Shown here: positions 53,651 through 64,000 of the stretch, one piece after another
Layout of the letters: each line of letters starts with the position of its first letter
Numbering within the stretch: position 1 is the stretch's first letter
From: Octopus sinensis
Lineage: Eukaryota
Assembly (NCBI RefSeq): GCF_006345805.1
Contig: NC_043000.1
Location: 44,826,001-44,890,000 of the forward strand
Direction of reading: 5' to 3'
Length of the DNA: 64,000 bases
Translations under genes and position numbers: made by a program
Notes under the pieces: generated by a model
Database searches by the model: none
Seen by the model: only the letters and a program-made list of their open reading frames with translations
Told to the model about the DNA's origin: nothing

Positions 53651-54664
53651 ATTTTGTGCGTCAAACGCGTTTATAGTGAACGGCGATTGAAGGAATTTGC
53701 AAATGACACTGCTAAAATTAACGAGTGTCAAACTTTCAAACTAAATTATATCAGTCACAAGAAATATAATGACGGAATTCATTTTGATATTAACTGAAAT
53801 CAAAATTTGACTGGCATTTCGAAAGCGTTGCATGACTTTTATCCTCACATTTCATAGAAATAACAACGTTTCAAAGTTTTATTTCCTAATCCATTTATTG
53901 TTGCCTTTTGTCGCAACAAAAATATAAGACAAATATAAACTAGCACTTCTGATCGTAATCAAAATATCACTGCTTTTTTTAAAAACTTTTGCCCTAATGA
54001 CTGTTGCAAGACAATTCATTGTAGAACAGCAGAATGAAGTCAACTCCATTGCAAATTATAAAAGAAATTTTACCGGTTATATGGCATATGAGAGCTCTAA
54101 TGATTCTCATTTAATGTATGCAACTGAAAGCACCAAATCCGACTTGATTTATGTGACTTGCATAGCATAAAAAAATTAAGCACCAGTTTTAATGGGCATA
54201 GGCATGACGTCAGACACAATAATACTGTTTCAAATGAATTTGCCGTGCTATTCTGCAAACGACTGCATCTTTAAAGAGCATCTTCCTGTACAGATTCTCA
54301 GAAAATATTCTAACTCAACTGACATTTCAGCCTACATAACCCATGCGAACAAATATATTTTTAAGTTACAACAATCCTGTTCTGATGGTACTTATTTTGA
54401 GAAGCTCGAAAGTATAAATTGCAAAGACAACCGAGGCCGAATTTGAACTCAGTACGAAAAAAGATACAGGAAATGCCGTTAAGAATTTGTGCCATGTTTT
54501 CGCCTTAGTAATGGTTATGATAATAATATGAAAAATGTTTTTTCTTTCTAATAAAGGTTCACACTCTCAGTACATGACTATTAGTAATTTATTTTACCGG
54601 CCCCGATAGCATGCAATGCAAAGTTGACCCTGATGGGATTTCAACTGAGAGTGAACGAAAACAA

Positions 54665-54709
<45 letters not shown>

Positions 54710-54724
54710 CATGCATATATATGC

Positions 54725-54801
<77 letters not shown>

Positions 54802-54937
54802 ATATATACACATGCAGTTCGGCATTTTCAATTTACTGACGACTCAAACTGCGCTTGCGCAGGGAATTTGAAAACTTATAACATATAATGATGGGATGTG
54901 TGTTATTTGTCTGTAAATGATATGTTAATGTTATGGC

Positions 54938-55010
54938 ACGGTTACTGATGAGAATTTCGCCTGGCAAATTATTTTATTTGGTAAAAATATCGAAACCTAG
55001 GTATAACCGT
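54938..55010 (+). ncRNA. Type I hammerhead ribozyme, canonical core
   Basis: ACGGTTA CTGATGA G-38 nt-C GAA ACCTAGGT A TAACCGT: perfect 7-bp helix I, palindromic helix III, GUA site after 55003. Confidence 0.85.
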
Positions 55011-55507
55011 AAACAAATAACATGGTTAAATTTTTTACTGTTCATTCCCTTCGAAATTGCTCTTAGATATGGTTTTGGTCGTTAAAGGTGGTTTCTCTTC
55101 TGTTTAAATATACACTATTTTATTTATATATATATAAAAATCTGGCTTTCTGATTTTCTGTTAAGTTACAAATACAAGCAGTCTAAATTTATATTAGCGG
55201 ATCACTCAGTTAAGAACTTTATTGCTGCCAATAATCTGCTGATGGATGGTACTCTGTCATTGTCGGTGATATGGCTTACAGCGGCCTATCTTCGGGACGT
55301 GGCATTGATTAGTCACAGCAATGACGAAACATCAATGCCAGTCGCATCGAGAAGGGACCTATGTGCATTGTCTCGTTTAACTATAACTTAGTTCAGGTGT
55401 TTCATTTTACACCAGGCGCATAGAGAATATATTCTCTTACGCATAAAACCTGTTGCCGATCCACGAACTAACAACTCGCATACCTTATGTGAGTTCGATT
55501 TTGTATG

Positions 55508-55538
<31 letters not shown>

Positions 55539-55552
55539 TGTATGTATGTATG

Positions 55553-55588
<36 letters not shown>

Positions 55589-56087
55589 ATGAGTGGTTAT
55601 GTATGTGTGTAATATATTAAATATCGCAAATTATTACACGAATAATCTCTTTGAAATCTTATGGCGATTATGAAACACAGATCATAAAACTTGGAATATA
55701 TTGAGTAGAAAAGAATAAAAAGAAATTATTATATTAGCGTTTAGCTGTTCCTTTGACATGATAAAATGGAGCGATATTATTGTCTTACGATGCATCGCTT
55801 ATCTGAAAAATGAGGAGACAGTTCGTAATTAACGTGTTGAAAATGAGTGTCCTATGATGTAGTATCATAAGCATTCAAACAAATATATATATATATACCT
55901 GTGTATGTGAGTGTGTGTTCGTATGTCTGTGGGTATGTCTATGTCTGTTTCTGTCTGATTGCGTGTACATTTATGTACATATGTATGTTGATAATTTCAA
56001 AAGTGAACATTCATACCTATGCAACCTCAAATAACTAGAACTAATCGTCTTCAAAATCAGTTATTGAAATATTACTTCTTATGATAC

Positions 56088-56440
56088 AGGCTTGGCTGTG
56101 TGGTAAGAAGTTTGCTTCGCCTCCACATGATTCCGGCTTCAATCCCATTGCGAAACGTCATGGGCAAGTGTCTTCTACAATAGCCTCAGTTCTTATGAGT
56201 GGATTTGATAGGAAGGATATCTATATGTGAGTATGTGTGTGTGCCTTTGTATCTATTTGTATCGCCCAATACCGACTGACAACCGGTGTTCCTCGTGTTA
56301 ACGTACTTGTAAACTAGTGATACGGTTAAAAAAGAATGGTAGAATAAGTACCAAGCTTTTTAAAAAATGTACTGAGGTCGATTCGTTCGGCTAAAATTCT
56401 TCAAAGCGGTATCTCAGCATTCCACAGCCTAATAATAAAG
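56088..56440 (+). mobile_element. tRNA-derived SINE (family D), decayed
   Basis: ggcttggctgtgtggtaagaagtttgcttc head and gggcaagtgtcttcta core-like segment. Confidence 0.8.
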
Positions 56441-57494
56441 ACAAGTAAATTATCAAAGATAAAATTTTAAAAATCATTACGGTGTAATCGCCTTTTTTTA
56501 AGTATTTGATGGCCCATAATTTTAAATTACAACTCTGTATGCACAATATGAAATACCGCATGTTTTTGTGCAGCTTCGTACAAAACTACTCTAAAAGGCG
56601 AAATGGCTGATGATTGACCACTGGATATTCAATTCCACAAATCTTCTTTTGTTGAAGAACTATTCATATTTGGGGAGGTTTTCATTAAATTTCCTATAAG
56701 TTTCTGAAGTATAGCGCACGTTGATAAAAGAAGATTTCAAAGGAATCCTCCATGAAGTCGATATAAATCCTGCGGATAGCAATCCTTTCGGGTTAGACAG
56801 AAACACAGTGATTTAAACCTTTCTAAATTTATCTACGTTCAAAAGTTGTAGCTGATTTCAGTATTGGACAGTAATATTGTTGTCGGAGAGATTTCTGACG
56901 TTACAGTTGTAGATGGAATTAGCTAAATATTACAACCCTTACAGTTTACTTTAATTGCACTAATAATAACAATACAATAAGCTTATTGTAACTATGATTT
57001 CAGAAGATGGAAAGGTATAAGAATTAAATTTATGACATCTTTTAGAGTGTAGTTGTGATATTTCAAATAAAGAGAATTTCTTTGTACGTGTTTTATGCTT
57101 TATTAATTGGTGCCGATCATAAACATAATCTCATCTGTAAAAGCATTAATCTTTGCAATATATGGAATTTAAATATCTGCAAACTCGTGAGGATATAAAT
57201 TTTCAAATACATTCATACATTATATATGCGTTTCATGGTTATTGCATTGTTTATATAGAATATTTCTAGAATAATATTGAATAAACAAGCGTATGCAAAA
57301 ATTATTTCGTTGTCTTGAATGGCGAAATCAAATAAGTACATGAATAAAAGTGGATCAATTTACATTGGGTTATTATAGATTTCTGGTTTCATTAATCCGT
57401 CAAAGCTAACAGGACAAATCGCCGAAGTCATTGTCACTACTTAACTTGTAAAGGCATAATAAATATGTAAGGGTCTTAGTCGGAGAAAACGGCC

Positions 57495-57625
57495 CCGGGA
57501 CTTATTCTTTGTGAGCCTAGTACTTATTTTATCGGTCTTTTTGCCGAACCGCTTAGTTATGGGGGACGTAAATACATTAACGTCGGTTGTGAAGCGATGG
57601 TGGGGTACAAACATAGACACAGACA
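57495..57625 (-). mobile_element. Family D SINE 3' part
   Basis: gacttattctttgtgagcctagtacttattttatcggtc, continuing the 1945-2020 motif. Confidence 0.7.
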
Positions 57626-57639
57626 CACGCATATATGAT

Positions 57640-57713
<74 letters not shown>

Positions 57714-57715
<2 letters not shown>

Positions 57716-58400
57716 CAAGGGTACAAAATAGTACCAGCATTGCTAGATACAAAAACCAAAAACTACTCAATTAGCCACAAAAAGCACTTACATTAATAAG
57801 CTGACCGAGAACTGAAATACAACGCGTCAGAGTTCGTAATCACATGATATGGTTATATCTGCTTCATTTGTGAGCTTGTCTCACTGCGGTACGTAGCTTT
57901 GTCGCTCCTTCTCTTTCGCCAACTTATTAAGATAAGTTCTTTCGTTGGTTAATTTTTTATTCTTGTTTTTAGCAGTGCTGGTACTATTTTGTACCCTTGT
58001 TTATAAATTTGCTTGTAGGTTTTAATTGCTAATGAGCCACCCACATTATTTATGGAATACACTTCTACCAGTTTGACATAGCACATGCTTTCAATGGTTT
58101 TTCTTTGAGATGACGCAGCTAATTATGCCTAACCCTAGGCGCAATAAGATCCACTGACGACAGCTGAGCTGCAAAGCATCAGAGTTCGAAATCCCGTGAT
58201 ATAGTTATACCTGCTTCACTTGTTAGCTTATTTCACTACGGTACGTAGCTTTTTCACTCCTCTTTCTTCACCTTATTAAGATAAGTGTTTTTGTGGTTTT
58301 TGAGTGGTTTTTCACTCTCGTTTCTAGCAATACTGATACTATTTTGGACCATTGTTTATAAATTTGCTTGTAGGTTTTAATTGTTAATGGACCACCTGTA
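57714..58400 (+). repeat. Inverted plus tandem ~350-bp repeat with decayed HHR motifs
   Basis: 57801-58055 resembles 58154-58400 (period 353 bp); 57714-57800 is an inverted copy of the unit tail. Confidence 0.85.
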
Positions 58401-58418
58401 TTATATATACATATATAT

Positions 58419-58560
58419 GACGGGCTTCTTTCAGCTTCCGCCTGCCAAATGTACTTAGAAGAATGGACTGACGAGTCGGAAGATATAGTAGAAGACAGTT
58501 ACATAAGGTGCCACCCAGGACTATGTAGTTAAAAAGCAAGCTTCTTACCATACAGCCGCA
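58419..58560 (-). mobile_element. Family D SINE 5' part
   Basis: gcaagcttcttaccatacagccgc is the reverse of the head at 56088. Confidence 0.8.
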
Positions 58561-58593
58561 TCTGTCATAAGTGCGTGTGTGTATACACACACG

Positions 58594-58653
<60 letters not shown>

Positions 58654-58979
58654 GCTCATATAAAGTTGCTATATAGAATATATTTCTCTGTCTTCTCTAT
58701 AGCCTCGGCAATGGCGCTTTTTTCTCTGAACTATAAAGCTGTAAACTATCACCCAGTAAGTGAACTCACTGAACTTATCGTTTCGCGTACTATCGGCCCT
58801 CTTATCATAAAACTTCTTAATTCTCAATCGAAGCCTCTTCCGACCAAAATACCCGCTTATATGATACAATCATGAACTTCCCATAACGTTTAATTGCTAC
58901 ATCAGCCGCGTTATTCTTACCCGTAAATATTGATCGTCAATCTAAGGCAATCATATTTACATCAATTAATTTTTTACCG

Positions 58980-59017
<38 letters not shown>

Positions 59018-59018
59018 A

Positions 59019-59068
59019 TTATAGAAGGAGCTTCTACAGGACTGGTCCTGTAGAAGCTCCTTCTATAA
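59019..59068. repeat. Perfect 24-bp-arm palindrome
   Basis: ttatagaaggagcttctacaggac-tg-gtcctgtagaagctccttctataa. Confidence 0.95.
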
Positions 59069-59140
59069 AATAAATTAATTTACTCTGCTATGTATTGAGT
59101 ACCTTATTTACTGTGGTTAACCCCGACTCAACCCGGGACC

Positions 59141-59181
<41 letters not shown>

Positions 59182-59193
59182 GTGTGTGTGTGG

Positions 59194-59259
<66 letters not shown>

Positions 59260-60229
59260 AAAAGCAAGTAGACAAAATAGACTCGAAGGTATGAGAGGCT
59301 AATTTGATAGTGTCAGACAAGTTGTCCGAAAGTCTGTCAGATTACGTTTTATTATTGACACTCTTCTGTCTCCTAGACATTCTCAACAGCTCATATTCCA
59401 GAAGACGTATCAGGTGAGATTATATTCAAGTGGTGATTGACATTTGTCTCCACTCTTTTATTTTTTTTCATTCTTTCCAATTCTGTAGGATATGATATTT
59501 AACAAATGTATTTTAATATATTCTCTGATTCTTTTCCAGTATTTTTTATTACTTTTTATGAGATTCTTGTAAGTTTAGCTATTTTCTTTTAGCATAAAGC
59601 AATAGTGAGCCAGAATACTAGCCGACTAAGCAATAAGCAATAAAGAAATATTCCTAAATTACGCTAAGCTTGCCGTTGCCAACGAGGTCTTTGCGGGTAT
59701 GTACTGCAATAGAAAGTAGAATGATAGATTCCCTAAGCCAGTAAGCCAGGAAGGCACACCACCCCAAAGGATCAACTTTAACCAGAAGTTTGTTGCCAAT
59801 AATATTTGGTCCATTTTTGGTATATACTAATATATGTATATATAAATGTATGTATCATCATACAAATATAGTATATTCGCATAAAAACATCCACAGACGA
59901 TGACATCTCCTCTCTTCAGGATCATTAATATCGATTGTGGATCGACAATATTCTTTAGACAAAGGGCAAGATTTCAACTAAATTCTTTATAAATATATAA
60001 AATCTGTTGAAGAAAACACGCAGCTGAAGGAAATATTATCCGAGGAAATGGTAACAAACCATTTATATGAGTGATTTTACTGATTTTCTGCGACGTGATG
60101 TCACAGACGTAGCAGGGGCCATGCTCATAATTTGATGCTTTCTTTTTGTGAGTTACCTCCAATAACTGAATGGTGCTGTTTCTTTTGTTTGTTTTTTGGT
60201 ATTTTTCAAAGAATATTTTAATATTTGTT

Positions 60230-60670
60230 CACTAAAACCTTTATGTATTTTAACTCTGTTGCAAGCAGTGAAACTAGATGGTGGTGATATGTCTGGACAC
60301 ACCCTCAGGGCGTAGTGGGGGTGAGCATAAGTGGTACAAAGGACTGGACACAGTGAAGGGGTAGAGAAAAGGCCGAGGTATGTTTCATAAGACTGTAAAG
60401 GAAGATGGTCAGAGATGTCCAAGTGGTGACTACCAGATGATAGTGAAACACATTGGTGTATTTAAGCGATTGAGCTATGGTAGATATGTGAGAGCATTGA
60501 GAGTGATTGTGTGCAGGTAGACACATGAGTGAAAGTGGAAAGACTTGCAGCAGAATGTGATCATGAGTGGGGGCAGGGAAAGGGGGTGGGGAAAGGGTGT
60601 TGTGAAGAGAGATGTTGGTAAGAGGGTTTGCGGAAGAGTTTGGCGGGTGTTGCAAATATTGTCTAAACAC
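60230..60670 (-). mobile_element. Probable LINE (CR1/L2-like) APE endonuclease fragment
   Basis: PTHDHILL..HLDISDHLPL, the terminal SDH motif of APE domains; broken frames. Confidence 0.5.
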
Positions 60671-61499
60671 TTATTTCTTTAAAGATACGTATTTATTACA
60701 TAAACAAAGAACTCAGTATATTGGGTAAAGTCAAATATTTACTTTTAAAATGTCTTCCGGGAATTCGATATTTTTGCCGAAACCGCTTGTAAAAGCCAAC
60801 TTTGCCGAAATGTTAATGCCATTATCAATGTTTAGGAGATGTACTTATATACATTCATGCATAAACAGGGACACAGGTGCGTGCACAGACACACTCACAC
60901 ACAGGTACACATTCACAAACGTATATGCAATATATTTTTATGAATATGCCAGTGTGTTTATGAATTTCCATGTATATATATTCATAGATGGAATATCTGA
61001 ACGGTAAAAAATTTCACAATATATATTATGGTTTTTATAACCATATGATTGGAATTCACAATTATGAAAACATGTTTAGGCATTTCATATTCATTTGCCA
61101 AATGTTAGTTTTCTTCTTGGTTATAATAAGCATATATAAAATGATAATATAATAATATTCATTATGCGTAGTTCTGTTCCGCGATAAAATATAAACCTGT
61201 GAATAAGGTCAGCTGTCGGACATATTAATTCAATGTACTAATTGGCTGGCTGCGATTGTAGTTGTGAAAAATGTTTTGTTGTTTTATTTAATACATATGA
61301 AAGAAGGAAAGATTCTTTCTGGCGAAAATAACTGATTCGAAGAAAAGAATACGATTTCCAGTCTGGCGTATATTGCAAATTACAGCACAAACAAAACTAA
61401 TTATTGTTTCAAATTTTGGAACAAAATACTCAATTTCAGGGTGAGTTAGTGAGTCAATAACATCAACTACAGGACTCGATCGGTATTTTGTTTAATCAA

Positions 61500-61620
61500 A
61501 ATCTAAATGCTTCTCAGTTCTGCTTTTCAAAGCAGAGTTAGTGTCGGTGTCGTTTGAACTCAGAACGTAAACATCCAGGAGGAATGACGCTAAGCGTTTT
61601 GTATTTCGCGCTAAAGATTT
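61500..61620 (-). mobile_element. Family A SINE 5' fragment
   Basis: tttgaactcagaacgtaa..gctaagc. Confidence 0.7.
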
Positions 61621-62399
61621 GGCCATTTCCACCCTAATAACGACAACAATAATAATGATGAGAAAAAGAAGAATAAAATTAACAGCAAGAAAAACAATAA
61701 CAAAAACGACACTAATAATTACAATAATATTCATGAGGATGATGATGTTTGCTGGTGCAACTGATTTGGGGATATTACACGAACAGGTTAGGAAACTACT
61801 TTTTATTTTCTACTGAGGTGAAATTAATAAGTAGAGATTGTAGGTTTAAACGTACGGACTATACAGAAATTTGCAATATCCTAAGAAACAAATACAACCA
61901 ATCAAGAAATACCACACATTGTTGAGTTCACTGGCTACCAAGGTCTGTGCAGTTTAATCAGCCTGAGCGAGGCCATTCTCGCCGTGTTAACTCATCATTT
62001 TATAACTTTACTAAACAGAAGTAACTTTTCAAATGAGTTTTAGACAAGCCGGTAAAGTTTATCTCTACTAGGCAATGCCTTACATAAAGCAGAATTACTG
62101 ACTATAAAATTTCTACAAGTAATCCATAGTCAGTGAGCCGATACTTCTGGAGCAGTCTTATCAGTTAAGCTTAAGATTTCTCTGAGAAACTATTCGTTTT
62201 CCACGCAGTTTTCTTTCTTTCTTTTCCACGCAGTTTTCTTTATAGAAAGAATGCTTATGTTGAAATTCGATACTACGTTTTGTTCTTTTGATCATCTAGA
62301 ACTGTACATCGGTCAAAGCGACTGATTGTTGAAGAATTCCTGACAGAGCCGGAATGCATATTCCCATCGTCCAACTCATTCTCCAAGTGGCGATGATTG

Positions 62400-62890
62400 A
62401 CCTATTGAAAATTTAGGTTTAATACAAATTGATCAAATCCCCTACAAAGCTAGGCTTGTTACATGCTTTCTTTTCGATGACTTAAATATAGTGGGGTTTG
62501 TCTGTATAAACCTGCTCCTTGCTGTGCAGGTTTAGCGCCCTACATAAAATCTTAACAATCTCTCTTCAATAGAGTGATGAACTAAATATTATCGGTAACA
62601 AACCGCTGGTTAAAGGTTCTCCTCACCGGTAGTGCTCCTTCCTGGCTTACTGGCTTAGAGAATCTATTATTCCACTTGTTGTTACAGTACATACCTGCAA
62701 AGTCCTCGTTGGCAACAGCAAACTTAACGTAAGGCCAACGAAGTGAAACAACTCAACCAGATAAGGCGCAGCCTTTTATGATTATTATCAACCGCAACTG
62801 ATTTCGGTTTCTGCCTACACTCTTTAACCGAGAGCAGCATCAGATTGTCCATATAAGCACTAAGGCACTCAACTCCATCACCACCACGGC
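62400..62890 (-). mobile_element. Decayed non-LTR RT fragment
   Basis: SAYMDNLMLL (YxDD-like) at 62844-62861; part also present inverted at 59659-59807. Confidence 0.5.
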
Positions 62891-63298
62891 AACGCTAATG
62901 AGATAGTACGTCGCATACATCAGTAAAATAATGAAAGGATATATAATTATGTATGTACATATATTTATCCCAAGTATATATGTGTGTCTGTGTATTTGCA
63001 TTCACACACACACACACATACACACGTATCTATGTTCTCTTCTGTTGTTAATTATCTAAATTCTTCCCTTGAAGGAGCTGGCGTCTAAGAAAGATACAAA
63101 ACTCCATCGTTGGAATGTATATAAAACAAAGTATTGTCACATTTTAAATCTGAGATAAGTGCTGCATATTTGCTACACTTTGTTTTGCTATGCACGAACT
63201 TATTGGTTGATTTCTTTTTCTGAAAACCCTAGCTTATCCACATTGTCACTTACGGATTTACTCTCAGAACCACACACGCACACACACAGATATATATA

Positions 63299-63377
<79 letters not shown>

Positions 63378-63449
63378 AGGTGGGGAACCTATACGCCAAG
63401 GAAACCGGGAAATCGACCCTATGAGACAGACATGGCTTGAGAAGGAACA

Positions 63450-63490
<41 letters not shown>

Positions 63491-63643
63491 ACTATAAGAG
63501 AGAACCCACTATGTGGACGCTCTTACGCTAGATAGAGATCCGCAAAGGGACTCAACCACTAAGAATTGTTCTCAAGAAATAATTCAATACACCAAGAACG
63601 TAAGCTAGCAGGGAAAATGAAAAATAACGAAAATATAGATTAA

Positions 63644-63717
63644 CCCCATACAATTGTTTCACCGTTAATAAATTATGTAATTTTACTTACATGAATATCC
63701 TCGGATCCTCAGTGGAA
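63644..63717 (-). ncRNA. Type I hammerhead ribozyme with extended helix II
   Basis: TTCCA CTGAGGA t CCG..CGG t GAA ACAATTGT A TGGGG; palindromic helix III, GUA site. Confidence 0.75.
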
Positions 63718-64000
63718 GTACGTCTTAAAATATAATTTGTTGAACTGTACGCCACATATTAACACGAGGTCAGAGAGACGAACAGTTCGGCCGATTATAT
63801 TCACAGTTACATTTAAATGCCCTCGTTCTGGCGCGCTAAATTTCCGGATATAAATACTGCATAAGTATTTTACTACAGTAGTTTACGCCGGTTTGAGAAC
63901 ATATTAATGTATAATTAATATTTAAATATATTATATATATGATTTTAAAAATATATATATATATATTAATTTATATATAGAGGGCATTATTATACATACA

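Noticed and set aside
54836-54885. Second HHR upstream of 54938 (CTGACGA..tttgaaaac)
   Set aside because: GAAA and helix II overlap incompatibly; no helix I or III.
62197-62241. 20-bp direct repeat ttttccacgcagttttcttt
   Set aside because: Simple local slippage duplication.
91-63531. ORFs rich in YI, CV, HT, poly-I/L/E/M/Y/C
   Set aside because: Translations of di- and trinucleotide microsatellites.

Overview
AT-rich animal genomic DNA dense in microsatellites and decayed transposons; the SINE families and simple repeats look like octopus (inference from pattern recognition, no search run). I found no supportable host protein-coding gene, rRNA, functional tRNA or CRISPR array, and most ORF-track entries are translated microsatellites. 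Recognisable elements: about 11 fragments of R4/Dong-type restriction-like-endonuclease (RLE) non-LTR retrotransposons, the youngest sitting in (AAT)n tracts; several tRNA-derived SINE families; a Tc1 with intact TIRs but no catalytic triad; a decayed mariner; an internally deleted Chapaev3-like element; Helitron remnants; other LINE fragments. The best signal is a set of type I hammerhead ribozyme (HHR) motifs from several Penelope-like or retrozyme-like families, each with a different palindromic helix III; the one at 54938-55010 has a fully canonical core. At 10972-13438 an inverted Penelope pair reads GIY-YIG C-terminus, tRNA-like Pol III module, (AAT)n, HHR, and its (AAT)n has been invaded by Dong-like elements. 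Alignments and folds were done by eye; boundaries of old elements are approximate.
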